Origin: Chamaesiphon sp.
GTDB lineage: Bacteria; Cyanobacteriota; Cyanobacteriia; Cyanobacteriales; Chamaesiphonaceae
Assembly: GCA_965246715.1 (NCBI GenBank)
Contig: CBDFFH010000039.1
Span: 32,001 to 96,000, forward strand
Length of the DNA: 64,000 bases
Direction: 5' to 3'
Shown here: positions 1 to 10,168 of the stretch, piece after piece
How the letters are laid out: every line of letters starts with the position of its first letter
Position numbering within the stretch: position 1 is the first letter of the stretch
Translations under genes and position numbers: made by a program
Notes under the pieces: generated by a model
Database searches by the model: none
Seen by the model: only the letters and a program-made list of their open reading frames with translations
What the model was told of the DNA's origin: nothing

Positions 1-621
1 TACTATCGATAAGCAAGGCACTGGTGACCATTCAGGATAATTGGCCTCGGCTATTTCGATGCGACTTTCAACAATAATTTCAAATTTAATCGTGTTATTA
101 TCGACCTCAATTGGAAATCTCACACCATAACCATCTGCTTGAATCGATCGGGGAAATTGGAGTCGATTTGTAGACTCGAACAAGAGGTCGTAGCCACGAT
201 CTGCGATCGATCTGCGTAATTGTCGATAACCATCACTATTAGTCAGAAAGTCAATATCTTGGCTGAGCCGATGTTCGTCACACATCAAACTAACTAGTGT
301 CCCACCGCCGAAGTAAATCCCCGCTGCTTGAAAAAATTCACTCCGCAATGACTGAAGTACTAATAAAATCGATTCGTGCCATTGATGTTTCATCATCGAT
401 CGATCCTTTAGTTCCACCTCAGACAGCAGCCACGATCCAGATTCAGAGCTGAGATCGCGAATGAACTGCCATTCTGCTGCATTAGGTCGAGCGAGTACAT
501 TCAGATGTCTCCAGCCACGTTCGTAAGTTTGGAGAATTTCCGATCGAGTCATTCGATCTACATCGGCTATTTGCCAACATAGGGCATTGAGAAAGGGTAA
601 TTTATCGCTCGTGTGCTTCAT
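1..621 (-). CDS. AbiEii/AbiGii-type nucleotidyltransferase toxin with fused N-terminal antitoxin-like domain (runs off window edge)
   Basis: Hand translation from ATG at 621 is open to the edge: MKHTSDKLPFLNALCWQ...TYERGWRHL... then MMKHQWHESILL...IYFGGGTLVSL...EHRLSQDIDFL (GGT/R-S-DIDF motif). Confidence 0.75.
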   Translation of the reverse strand, partial: MKHTSDKLPFLNALCWQIADVDRMTRSEILQTYERGWRHLNVLARPNAAEWQFIRDLSSESGSWLLSEVELKDRSMMKHQWHESILLVLQSLRSEFFQAAGIYFGGGTLVSLMCDEHRLSQDIDFLTNSDGYRQLRRSIADRGYDLLFESTNRLQFPRSIQADGYGVRFPIEVDNNTIKFEIIVESRIEIAEANYPEWSPVPCLSIV

Positions 622-662
622 GCGATCGAAGATTCATTCTGTTAACCAATCAAAAAGATCGC

Positions 663-1238
663 CTATTAAAATTTTAAGTTATTACGTCTCCACCCACACC
701 GATCGATTTCTGTCGTCGATCGACATCCAGCCAATTCATCGATGTTCGAATACATTGGACTGAAATTAAGAAGATAACAATCGATCGTCTATTTCAGGTA
801 TGGGTATCTAGCACAATTATTTCAGACATTCCCAATCCTGTTCGTCAACAATCGGGCTGACAATATCCCCCAGCGTTTTTCCCTTACCAGCGATTAAGGG
901 GGATGTAGTGCGGCGTTTTGTTGAAGGATTGGGAGCATTGTTACCTACCGTTCCTGCTTCAGCTTGGTTTGCGGCTGCGTAGCTGCTACCGAGAGAACGA
1001 ATAAAATCTAAAAGGCTTAGTTGTATTGGTTCGGGAATTTTTTCTAGTTCCCGAACGATCGACTCGATCGGGGAGCTTCCGCTTTGCGGGGTTGTATTCA
1101 TCGTACGATCGAGAAGACTGAGTATAATTCAAGTCTATCACTCTCACATTTGGGCAACAAGACATGAGGCAGAATTCACTTGTCTATTAAAATTCTAAGT
1201 TATTGTTTCTCCACCCACGCCGATCGATTTCTGTCGTC
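663..1238 (+). repeat. 55-bp direct repeat pair (663-717, 1184-1238)
   Basis: ctattaaaatt(t/c)taagttatt(acg/gtt)tctccaccca c(a/g)ccgatcgatttctgtcgtc, 50/55 identical. Confidence 0.9.
817..1101 (-). CDS. DUF2281-like small antitoxin-type protein
   Basis: IVRELEKIPEPIQLSLLDFIRSL N-terminus and GKGKTLGDIVSP..DWE tail. Confidence 0.55.
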   Translation of the reverse strand: MNTTPQSGSSPIESIVRELEKIPEPIQLSLLDFIRSLGSSYAAANQAEAGTVGNNAPNPSTKRRTTSPLIAGKGKTLGDIVSPIVDEQDWECLK

Positions 1239-1378
1239 AAGCCAATAAATAGCGATCTCGTTTACCGAAATCGATCGTAAGATGAATTCAAATTCTTACT
1301 CAGACTTGATTTAACTGATTTGTATTACAGTTCTCCACATCTAAGCTAACAATTGTCTACATTCGATCGCAAGGTTGT

Positions 1379-1888
1379 TTAGGCTGCCGAGCTAAAAACT
1401 CTGTTAACTACTTCCTGAGCATATCCGTTGTGTTCCCATGCACCTGTAACTGTTCCCGCAACACCTACAATCAGAAAACCCAAAACAGGAATCTGTTGCA
1501 ACTTTTTGAACTCGGCAATCTGGTAGCACCGACAATCCCTTGTTGATACGAGTCGTGCCCAATGTTCGCAATTGAAGCGAAACAGTTCATACTGCCAGTT
1601 TTGATGAAACTTTTTCAGGGAAATGTGCAATGCCTTCTTAATCTGTGCCCTTCCCTGCTGCTGTGTTCGATCGGGTTGAAAGTGATTCCAATCGATCGAC
1701 CAAACTGCTAGTCTGCCAGTATCTTTTTGCCTACCACCATGAATAGGTTCCCATGCTAAAGAATCGAAATCATTGAGTTGTAAGGAATAATGCAAGATAT
1801 TGGGATTTTGACGATCTCGATGTTGTAGTAGTCGTCCGTAGTCTGGATGAGAGCAATTAACTTCGATTAGGTTATGAAGATCGGGCAT
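1379..1888 (-). CDS. LRAT-like (permuted NlpC/P60) hypothetical protein
   Basis: YELFRFNCEHWA motif, upstream HY, C-terminal hydrophobic segment. Confidence 0.5.
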   Translation of the reverse strand: MPDLHNLIEVNCSHPDYGRLLQHRDRQNPNILHYSLQLNDFDSLAWEPIHGGRQKDTGRLAVWSIDWNHFQPDRTQQQGRAQIKKALHISLKKFHQNWQYELFRFNCEHWARLVSTRDCRCYQIAEFKKLQQIPVLGFLIVGVAGTVTGAWEHNGYAQEVVNRVFSSAA

Positions 1889-1900
1889 AATTTAGTTTCT

Positions 1901-1930
1901 GAAAGGTAAGCTCGATCGAGCTTACCTTTC
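1901..1930 (-). terminator. Hairpin downstream of coxC
   Basis: gaaaggtaagctcgatcgagcttacctttc perfect palindrome. Confidence 0.55.
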
Positions 1931-1958
1931 TAATCTTACTGTTGAGTTACGATATGCA

Positions 1959-2576
1959 TTACAACAAATACAACAGGATAAATAAGATAATCCAAATTAC
2001 ATCGACGAAGTGCCAATAAATTTCTGCTGCTTCGACACCGAAATGGTTATTTGTACCGTAATGTTCGGGTTTAAGCGATCGCCACAATACCGATAAAATC
2101 AACAATACGCCCACAGTAACGTGCAAGCCGTGGAAACCAGTCAATACATAGAACGTACTTGCAAATAGATTCGTCCGCAGGGCAAATTCTAAGTGGCTAT
2201 ATTCATACAACTGACCGCCCAAGAATAATATCCCCATTAAAGCCGTCAGTCCAAACCACAATTGCAGTCCTCTCACATCATTTTTCTTAATCGCGGTATC
2301 AGCCTGATGGATGACCAAACTACTAGCAATTAGGACGCAGGTATTGATCCCTGGCAGCATGAGTTCGAGCTTGGGGGTACCTGCTGGTGGCCATTCTGGA
2401 GCCATCGCGCGGAACGCCAGATAAGCAATAAACAAGCCGAGGAAAATCATTCCCTCAGCAACTAGAAAGACGAGTAACCCAAAAATTCGATGATCGGGAT
2501 GCGCTTCGTGATGGCTACCATGTTCGGATTCGGCAGCAATATTAATCTGCGTTTGGTCGGAGATAGATCCTTGCAT
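1959..2576 (-). CDS. coxC: Cytochrome c oxidase subunit III
   Basis: TGFHGLHV, YWHFVDVIW motifs. Confidence 0.95.
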   Translation of the reverse strand: MQGSISDQTQINIAAESEHGSHHEAHPDHRIFGLLVFLVAEGMIFLGLFIAYLAFRAMAPEWPPAGTPKLELMLPGINTCVLIASSLVIHQADTAIKKNDVRGLQLWFGLTALMGILFLGGQLYEYSHLEFALRTNLFASTFYVLTGFHGLHVTVGVLLILSVLWRSLKPEHYGTNNHFGVEAAEIYWHFVDVIWIILFILLYLL

Positions 2577-2671
2577 ATTTAGTAATTAATTATGGGGTGA
2601 TAATCTAGGTCTATGTCGTTCTGCGCTCGATGATAAATTTGGATGAGTGAATTTAGGAAATCGATATGGAT

Positions 2672-2835
2672 TAGCTACCTAGAAATGCCTACGATTAAAA
2701 TCGTGGCTAATGTTGCAAAGTCCGGTTGTTGCCGCGAGCGGCAAAATCCCGCCTTCTCGGACTAGTTTATTAGTCCGCGAAGGCGGACTTTGCACTATGA
2801 GCAGCGGTTTCTAACCGCTGAGGTTATGGGTAGCA
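2672..2835. repeat. REP-like palindromic doublet between coxA and coxC
   Basis: gcaaagtccg...cggact / agtccgcgaaggcggactttgca inverted arms. Confidence 0.65.
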
Positions 2836-2892
2836 ACTTGGGTAAATTAATACCAAAGATCGGGGCATGAAATAGCCCGATCTTTGGCTCTA

Positions 2893-4566
2893 TTAGCCTT
2901 TACCACTAGCAGTTAAAACCTTATCGTCAGATTTGGATTCCTGTTCAGACTCACCATATTCATAAGGGCCAGTAGTAAGGACGGGTAAGACCTCAAAATT
3001 CTCGATTTCTGGTGGTGAACTGGTTTGCCAATCTAGAGTTAGCGCATTCCAAGGATTGCTACCTGCGATATCACCTTTGAAGCAACAATAGATCGCGTTG
3101 ATGAGGAAAGGTACTGTCGAAATCGCTAGCACGTAACTACCGTAAGTACAGATTTGATTCAAACCCTGAAACTCTGGCGCGTACATCGCAATTCGACGCG
3201 GCATTCCTTGCAAGCCGAGGATATGCATTGGTAGGAAGGTCACGTTAAAACCAATGTAGGTAAGGGCGAAGTGAATCTTGCCCCAGGTATCATTGATGTG
3301 TCGTCCGGTGACTTTGGGGAACCAATGATATATGCCAGTGTAAATACCGAAGACGCTACCGCCGAATAATACGTAGTGCAAGTGGGCGACGACGAAGTAG
3401 GTATCGTGGACGTGGATGTCAAATGGCACTGCTGCCAGCATGACTCCGGTGATCCCACCGATGACGAAGGTGGAGATAAAGCCCATCGCAAAGAGCATCG
3501 GCGTGTTCAGGGTGATTTTCCCGCCCCACATCGTTGCTAACCAGCCAAAGATCTTGATCCCTGTCGGTACGGCAATGATCATCGTTGTGATCATAAAGAA
3601 CATCCGCAACCAGGGCGGAGTACCACTAGTAAACATGTGGTGCGCCCAGACGATCAAGCCTAAAAAACTAATCGCCATGCTCGAATAAGCGATCGCGCCG
3701 TAACCGAAAATTGGCTTACGACAATGCACGGGAATTACTTCAGAAATTACCCCAAAGAAGGGTAAGACCATAATATATACCGCTGGGTGCGAGTAGAACC
3801 AGAACATGTGCTGGTAGACTACGGGTTCGCCACCACCAGAGGGGTTGAAGAAGGAGGTTCCCGCAATCAGGTCGAATGAGAGTAAGATCAGCGCGCCAGC
3901 TAGTACTGGAGTAGCCAGCAGCATCAGTGCTGAAGTCGCCAACATCGCCCAGCAGAATAATGGCATCTGCATCATCGACATGCTCGGCACTCGCATCTTC
4001 AGAATCGTAGTGAAGAAGTTAATCCCACCCAAGATCGAAGATGTACCGAGTAATAACAAGCTCAAGATCCAAATTGCTTCACCAGCTTTGGGGCCGATTA
4101 AACTCAATGGTGGATAAGATGTCCAGCCAGCTTGAGCGGTGCCTGTGAAAAAGCTCGCCATTAGTAATAAACCAGCAGGCGGGATCAGCCAGAAGGCGAC
4201 GGCATTGAGCTTGGGAAATGCCATATCCCGCGCTCCAATCATCAGTGGGAGGAGATAATTCGCAAAGGCTCCTGTGCCAGCAGGAACGATCCACAGGAAG
4301 ATCATGATCGTCCCGTGCATGGTAAACATGCTGTTATATGTCGAGGGATCGACAAAATCGGAGTCGGGAGTGGCGAGTTCGGTTCTAATTCCTTCGGCGA
4401 GTAAGCCGCCAATAATATAGAAAATAAAACCAAGGCAGAAGTATTGAATCCCAATTACCTTGTGATCGGTACTGAATGAAAAATAGTCTTGCCAACGGCG
4501 GTGATGATAATTTGGTGCATCAGCTAGCTTTTCGGCTTGCTTTGGAATAGATAGTTCTGCTGTCAT
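2893..4566 (-). CDS. coxA: Cytochrome c oxidase subunit I (aa3-type)
   Basis: WFYSHPAVY, VWAHHMF, HDTYFVVAHLHYV. Confidence 0.97.
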   Translation of the reverse strand: MTAELSIPKQAEKLADAPNYHHRRWQDYFSFSTDHKVIGIQYFCLGFIFYIIGGLLAEGIRTELATPDSDFVDPSTYNSMFTMHGTIMIFLWIVPAGTGAFANYLLPLMIGARDMAFPKLNAVAFWLIPPAGLLLMASFFTGTAQAGWTSYPPLSLIGPKAGEAIWILSLLLLGTSSILGGINFFTTILKMRVPSMSMMQMPLFCWAMLATSALMLLATPVLAGALILLSFDLIAGTSFFNPSGGGEPVVYQHMFWFYSHPAVYIMVLPFFGVISEVIPVHCRKPIFGYGAIAYSSMAISFLGLIVWAHHMFTSGTPPWLRMFFMITTMIIAVPTGIKIFGWLATMWGGKITLNTPMLFAMGFISTFVIGGITGVMLAAVPFDIHVHDTYFVVAHLHYVLFGGSVFGIYTGIYHWFPKVTGRHINDTWGKIHFALTYIGFNVTFLPMHILGLQGMPRRIAMYAPEFQGLNQICTYGSYVLAISTVPFLINAIYCCFKGDIAGSNPWNALTLDWQTSSPPEIENFEVLPVLTTGPYEYGESEQESKSDDKVLTASGKG

Positions 4567-4653
4567 AAGTCTTTGGTATAGCCTCTCTCAAGGAGAGCGA
4601 TATATATTTGTGGCGATTACTCAAGTGGTAATTTTATTAGAGATATAAATTTT

Positions 4654-4794
4654 GTAGGGTGGGCACTGTCTTGGCGCACATAATATAGGTCTGGAGCTAT
4701 TCTAGTCTCATGAATATTCGTAGCAGCTTAACTTATAGACATTGTTGAATTTCTAGCAAGCTCAAACTTAATCCGTGGGCATTGCCCACCCTAC
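4654..4794. repeat. GTAG-type REP doublet
   Basis: gtagggtgggca ... tgcccaccctac inverted ends. Confidence 0.7.
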
Positions 4795-4819
4795 TTCTGT
4801 GGAGGTTCTCTCTTATCGA

Positions 4820-5824
4820 TTAGTGTTGGTGTTGGAGGTGATGAATCATCTCTGTCTCTACGCCCATTTCTTTGGCATAGGGAGCTAAATAAGCACCTGG
4901 AGAAAGATTGACTGGATTCATCGCGATCGTTTGTTTGACTACTTCAGCTTGTGCTTGGGTAGACTGTTGCTGACTAGCGATCCAGGTGTCGTATTCTTCA
5001 GGCGTATGTACGATCATCCGTGTCACCATCGAACCATGATAACCGCCACAGAGTTCGGCACATCTGAGCGGATAGTTACCTACTTTATTGGTGGTAAACC
5101 GCAGTTGAGTTTGAGTACCAGGGATGACATCTTGTTTGAGGCGCAATTCGGGAATCCAAACAGCGTGAATCACATCCTGCGCGTTCATGTTCAATTGGAC
5201 TTCTTTACCCACTGGGATATGCAACTCACCGGAAGTTACATTTGCTTCGGGATAAGTAAAAATCCAGGCATATTGTAGCCCCAAAACATTGACGCTAACT
5301 GCGGCAGGTTTACCTTGATTGGCTGGTGAAGCCCCAACACCAAGAACTGCCACTCGCTGTTCGAGTTTGGGTGCAGTCATCCCGTCCATACCATCCATCG
5401 TCGCGGCCATCGCACTGCCTTTACCAGCAGGCATTCCGTGCATGGCGTGCATTCCATCGGCAGCAGGATCGAACCCGCCCATTTCATTATAGATTTCAAA
5501 ACTGTAAATCGAAATCCATAACACGATCGCCGCAGGAATTGCCGTCCACAGGATTTCTAACGGTACGTTACCTTCTACCGCCGAACCATCGCCGAGTTCT
5601 CCAGGTCTGCGCCGAAACTTAACCGCGCAATAGACGATCAGACCTTGGACTCCCAGGAATAACCCGACAGAAATCGTCATCATGGCATTGAATAAACCAT
5701 CGACGTGGGTGGCTTCTTCCGAGACCGCAGCAGGCATTAATCCGTGATTTTGTCCGTACCAGAGACTGACTAAAGTTAGCCCGACGCCCAGCAGGAGGGT
5801 GATAATTGAGCTAGGAATATTCAT
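4820..5824 (-). CDS. coxB: Cytochrome c oxidase subunit II
   Basis: DVIH and CAELCGGYHGSM CuA ligands. Confidence 0.96.
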   Translation of the reverse strand: MNIPSSIITLLLGVGLTLVSLWYGQNHGLMPAAVSEEATHVDGLFNAMMTISVGLFLGVQGLIVYCAVKFRRRPGELGDGSAVEGNVPLEILWTAIPAAIVLWISIYSFEIYNEMGGFDPAADGMHAMHGMPAGKGSAMAATMDGMDGMTAPKLEQRVAVLGVGASPANQGKPAAVSVNVLGLQYAWIFTYPEANVTSGELHIPVGKEVQLNMNAQDVIHAVWIPELRLKQDVIPGTQTQLRFTTNKVGNYPLRCAELCGGYHGSMVTRMIVHTPEEYDTWIASQQQSTQAQAEVVKQTIAMNPVNLSPGAYLAPYAKEMGVETEMIHHLQHQH

Positions 5825-6457
5825 GGATTGTTGAATGGATAAGAAAGGAACTAGGGTCTAGGCTGTGAGCGAGTAGATTCAGCGTCGAGCGGAACCTAAA
5901 CATGTAGGGGATATCAGTATATGGGTTGATGCTAGCTCTAGACGATACCCGTCTAGAGCTAACTTTAGAACTATCTTCGACCCAGTTTGGTTAATGGCTA
6001 AAATAATAATTGCAGTTTAGCGTTCGAGACAGTCATGTCTGTCACCTTTACTAAGGTACCGTAGGCAATTGGGTCGATCGGCACTTCTTGAGATTTCTTC
6101 AGATTTTCTTAGGAATTGCCGCAGATATCCTTGCTCTAATCCCTAAATATCTTAACAAATCTAATCTTTAAGTATTTCTTTGGGATCTAGGTAAATCGAC
6201 GGTAAAACGCTGACAGAGTAAGGGTTAATCCAATTTGCTCCCCTCTAACATCAGGCGATTGCGACCAACACCAGACTAGGTATTAATGCTAGTTTGGGAA
6301 GGATTAGTCAAACTAGCACGAAAATAATCGCTAAGACATCACTTTAGTCAAGTTAGCTTTGCGCTCTTTCTCTAGGTGTAACTGGCAACCTCTCCGCATC
6401 GCTATTCGGGCGGCGGCAATGCTCGATTACCTAGTTAACTACATGTTCGATTGCCAT

Positions 6458-7456
6458 ATGTCCAACCCTGTATTCAGCCACAAATTCTCTACCAGCGATC
6501 CAGGATTTCTGCCAGAGGTCAATACCCCCGATCTCGATCGACAGCAGGTTCGTCGCCTAGTTTGGAAAATCTCCTTTGCCACTTTGCTGCTGATGGCAGT
6601 TGGCAGTGCCACGCGAGTGATGAATGCTGGCTTGGCTTGCCCCGACTGGCCATTATGTTATGGGCAACTAGTTCCGACTCAGCAGATGAATCTTCAGGTA
6701 TTTTTAGAGTGGTTTCATCGTCTAGATGCTGGATTAATCGGCCTGAGTACACTGCTTTTAGCGGGATTATCCTGGTGGAAACGCCAAACACTCCCCCATT
6801 GGCTCCCGTGGGCGGCAACTTTTGCGCTGAGTTTAATTGTAGTGCAAGGTGGCTTGGGTGCATTGACCGTGACAGAACTACTGCGGTTCGATATCGTTAC
6901 CGCTCACCTCGGCACGGCACTGTTATTTTTTAGTACACTGTTAGTCATTGGTACGTGTTTACTGCCAATCGATCGACAAGCCACAACCCCAGCAAGTGGT
7001 AAGACAGTAGCTTGGCTGTCCTTAACCGCTGCGATTTTTGTCTACATTCAAAGTATCATCGGTGGTTTGGTCGGTTCGCGATGGGCATTACATCAATGTT
7101 TCGGCAACTCCGAGCTGTGTATGGTGATGAATAGTCATATCATTGGTGTCGTGCCTGCAACACTAAGCTCGATCGCCGTTATATTCGCACTCTGGCGCAA
7201 TCCAACCTTCCCTAAATATTATCGTCAGCTCGCGACGATCGCGGGTAGTTTATTAATCATCCAAATCCTGTTGGGTGTTGCTACCTTCAAACTCCACTTG
7301 CAAGTCGCACCCCTGACAGTCATCCATCAATCAGTCGGCGCGATGTTACTCGGTACGTTGGTCGTACTCACCGTTTTGTTATGGCGGTCGCTCGCTCGGA
7401 TCTCCACGCTAACGGAGGCTGAAGCAAGAGAAGCACCGCTGTTAACCAAAGCCTAA
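6458..7456 (+). CDS. ctaA: Heme A synthase (COX15/CtaA); start uncertain
   Basis: AGLACPDWPLC, EWFHR, multiple TM helices. Confidence 0.93.
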   Translation: MSNPVFSHKFSTSDPGFLPEVNTPDLDRQQVRRLVWKISFATLLLMAVGSATRVMNAGLACPDWPLCYGQLVPTQQMNLQVFLEWFHRLDAGLIGLSTLLLAGLSWWKRQTLPHWLPWAATFALSLIVVQGGLGALTVTELLRFDIVTAHLGTALLFFSTLLVIGTCLLPIDRQATTPASGKTVAWLSLTAAIFVYIQSIIGGLVGSRWALHQCFGNSELCMVMNSHIIGVVPATLSSIAVIFALWRNPTFPKYYRQLATIAGSLLIIQILLGVATFKLHLQVAPLTVIHQSVGAMLLGTLVVLTVLLWRSLARISTLTEAEAREAPLLTKA

Positions 7457-7520
7457 GCTGCGATCGAATCCAAAGTTTTTCCGCTTTTAGCTCCAAAATA
7501 TTTATTTTAAATCCCCCGAC

Positions 7521-8501
7521 ATGCAAGAAATTATCGATCGGTCGCTCGTTGCTACAGCTACTTTGTCAGATCCGCGCAAGCACGAAAACTTCGCGCAAGT
7601 CATCCAAAGCTATTACCAGCTCACCAAACCCCGCATCATCCCGCTATTACTGATTACTACCGCTGCGGCGATGTGGATGGCTTCTGATGGTGCTACCGAT
7701 CCCGTCTTATTTCTGGTTACCGTTATCGGTGGCATGTTTGCCGCAGCTTCCGCACAAACGATGAATTGTATTTACGATCGCGATATCGATTATGCAATGG
7801 AACGGACGCGCAATCGGCCCATTCCTTCTGGTCGTGTCAAACCGCTCCATGCCTGGATTTTTGCGATCGTCTTAGCTGGACTATCATTTACGATCCTCAC
7901 CCTTTTTACAAATCTGTTAGCCGCCTTACTCGCGATGTCGGGGATCGGCTTCTATATGGTAATTTACACCCACCTCCTCAAACGCCACACGCCCCAAAAT
8001 ATCGTCATCGGTGGTGCCGCTGGTTGTATTCCCGTGCTCGTCGGTTGGGCAGCGGTGACGGGGAGCTTGAGTATCGAAGCTTGGGTGCTATTTGCGATCG
8101 TGTTTATTTGGACACCACCGCACTTCTGGGCGCTAGCGCTGATGATTTCAGATGACTATGCCAAAGTGGGCATCCCGATGTTACCCGTAATTGTCGGCGA
8201 AGCTGCAACAGCCAAGCAGATTTGGATTTATACCCTAATCTTGATGCCTACTAGTTTGGCACTCGTCTATCCGCTGGGAGCGGCTGGAGCAGTGTATGGG
8301 ATTGCGGCATTAGGCTTGGGTGCGATTTTCGTACATAAAGCTTGGCAATTATTACAAGCTCCCACCGACAAGCAAGTTGCCAAATCGATGTTTAAATATT
8401 CGATTTTATACATGATGTTATTATGTACGGCGATCGTGGTAGATAGTTTACCTCAGACCCACAATGCGATCGCGCTGCTCTTAAATTCGATCGGTGTTTA
8501 G
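7521..8501 (+). CDS. ctaB: Heme O synthase (protoheme IX farnesyltransferase)
   Basis: [30 protein letters not shown]. Confidence 0.95.
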   Translation: MQEIIDRSLVATATLSDPRKHENFAQVIQSYYQLTKPRIIPLLLITTAAAMWMASDGATDPVLFLVTVIGGMFAAASAQTMNCIYDRDIDYAMERTRNRPIPSGRVKPLHAWIFAIVLAGLSFTILTLFTNLLAALLAMSGIGFYMVIYTHLLKRHTPQNIVIGGAAGCIPVLVGWAAVTGSLSIEAWVLFAIVFIWTPPHFWALALMISDDYAKVGIPMLPVIVGEAATAKQIWIYTLILMPTSLALVYPLGAAGAVYGIAALGLGAIFVHKAWQLLQAPTDKQVAKSMFKYSILYMMLLCTAIVVDSLPQTHNAIALLLNSIGV

Positions 8502-8569
8502 ATGGTTGAGCGTCGTATAGCACCGATATTCAGATCCCCGTATTCTCCTTAAATAATTCTAAGAGTAAG

Positions 8570-8817
8570 TTGGACGGTATTTATGCTGGTAATCCCAAAC
8601 GAGCAACAGCTCAACCAACGACAGAAAGACTCTTGGCAAGTTTTAAGGAAGTTACGATAGTTCTGATTGCTGTTGGAGCTGAAGTATATACAGAATTAAC
8701 TGTCCTTAATCCTATTCAACAAAAGATTTTACAGTTATTGAACTTTCCCAGCGACATTTACACCCGTTTTTCATCGCAATCTGACTACCCTCCCTAAAAA
8801 TGAGCGAACCGTCAGAG
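8570..8817 (+). pseudogene. Transposase C-terminal fragment (IS1634-like) with probable IS end
   Basis: GIYAGNPKRATAQPTTERLL..F...LNPIQQKILQLL; followed by gcgaaccgtcag. Confidence 0.65.
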
Positions 8818-8990
8818 TAATGCACTCGATCGTCATGAAACTCGATCGGGCAATTTTTGTGTTGGTGCTGACAATCCTCATGTGTGTCGGTTCTGGCGCG
8901 ATCGCGATCCGCAAACTTCAAGCCGCCGATCCCGCCGAACTATTTTAAATTGGCACCGCCTGGAAATCAAGGCGCTCTCAAGCCTAACAT

Positions 8991-9009
8991 ATTGATAATT
9001 ATTACTATT
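8991..9009. promoter_or_regulatory. Putative Fur box upstream of iron-uptake operon
   Basis: attgataattattactatt resembles the Fur consensus; FTR1 operon context. Confidence 0.45.
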
Positions 9010-9082
9010 TAATTTAATTACTCACTACGATAACCTATTAATAATGACTTGCTAATATTTATTGCCACCTGCCCCCAGATTA

Positions 9083-10081
9083 ATGTTTAATCTCGATCGA
9101 CTCACAGATAAATCGCTGCTTCAGCGTCGCCAACTACTCAAATACGGCTTAGCTGGATTGGGACTGACTACGGCAACGTTGGCATGGCAAGGACTCAAAC
9201 CCAAACTCACTGCCAAAATACCCGCAGTTGCCGCTAATAGCCCCACGATGGGCAATACCTTCAGTCCGATGCAAACGTTGCGGGATTTTGATTATGGCAC
9301 GGTCAAGCAGGAAAATGGGCGGACAGTAAGGGAATTCCGCTTAGTTGCTGGTAATACTACCCTCCAGTTGAATCAGGCAGTCTCATTCAATAGTTGGAAT
9401 TTTAATGGCAGAGTGCCAGGGCCGACCTTGAGAGCTAAAGCTGGCGAGTTAATTCGGGTATCTTTCCTCAATCGCGCCGGACACGCGCATTCGCTCCACT
9501 TTCATGGTTTTCATCCAGCGGAGATGGATGGCATCAAACCGATTCGTAATGGCACAGGGACGATCTATGAATTTGAAGCCGAACCCTATGGGGTGCATCT
9601 TTACCATTGTCACGTCGCTCCAGTGGCGCGTCACATTGGGAAGGGTTTGTATGGAATGTTAATTATCGATCCGCCGCAACCCCGGCCAGTGGCTGACGAA
9701 ATGGTTTTGATTATGGGCAGCTACGATACCAATGATGATGGCAAGAATGAGTTGTATGCATTTAACGGCGTGCCAGATTACTATATGCAGCACCCAATCG
9801 AGATTTATCAACACCAACTCATCCGCGTGTACCTGCTCAACGCGATCGAACTCGACCCGGTGGTAACTTTCCATCTTCATGCCAATATGTTTCAAGTTTT
9901 TCCGACGGGGATGACGATACAACCGAGTCATACGACTGATGTCCTGACCATGGGCACTGCCGAGCGGCATATTTTAGAGTTCCAGTTTAAGTATCCTGGG
10001 CAGTTTATGTTTCATCCCCACCAAGATCCGATCTCCGAAGCTGGGTGTATGGGAGCATTCAAGGTTATTGCCACTACTTAA
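9083..10081 (+). CDS. Tat-exported two-domain multicopper oxidase
   Basis: QRRQLLK Tat signal; HSLHFHG, YHCH, FHLHAN, FHPHQD copper motifs. Confidence 0.88.
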   Translation: MFNLDRLTDKSLLQRRQLLKYGLAGLGLTTATLAWQGLKPKLTAKIPAVAANSPTMGNTFSPMQTLRDFDYGTVKQENGRTVREFRLVAGNTTLQLNQAVSFNSWNFNGRVPGPTLRAKAGELIRVSFLNRAGHAHSLHFHGFHPAEMDGIKPIRNGTGTIYEFEAEPYGVHLYHCHVAPVARHIGKGLYGMLIIDPPQPRPVADEMVLIMGSYDTNDDGKNELYAFNGVPDYYMQHPIEIYQHQLIRVYLLNAIELDPVVTFHLHANMFQVFPTGMTIQPSHTTDVLTMGTAERHILEFQFKYPGQFMFHPHQDPISEAGCMGAFKVIATT

Positions 10082-10168
10082 TAGAAATTAATTGCAAATA
10101 AGTTGACATAGATTGTCATTAAGTAGAAAATGAGATCTCAAGTAGGCGATCGATTTTAAATTTATTTT

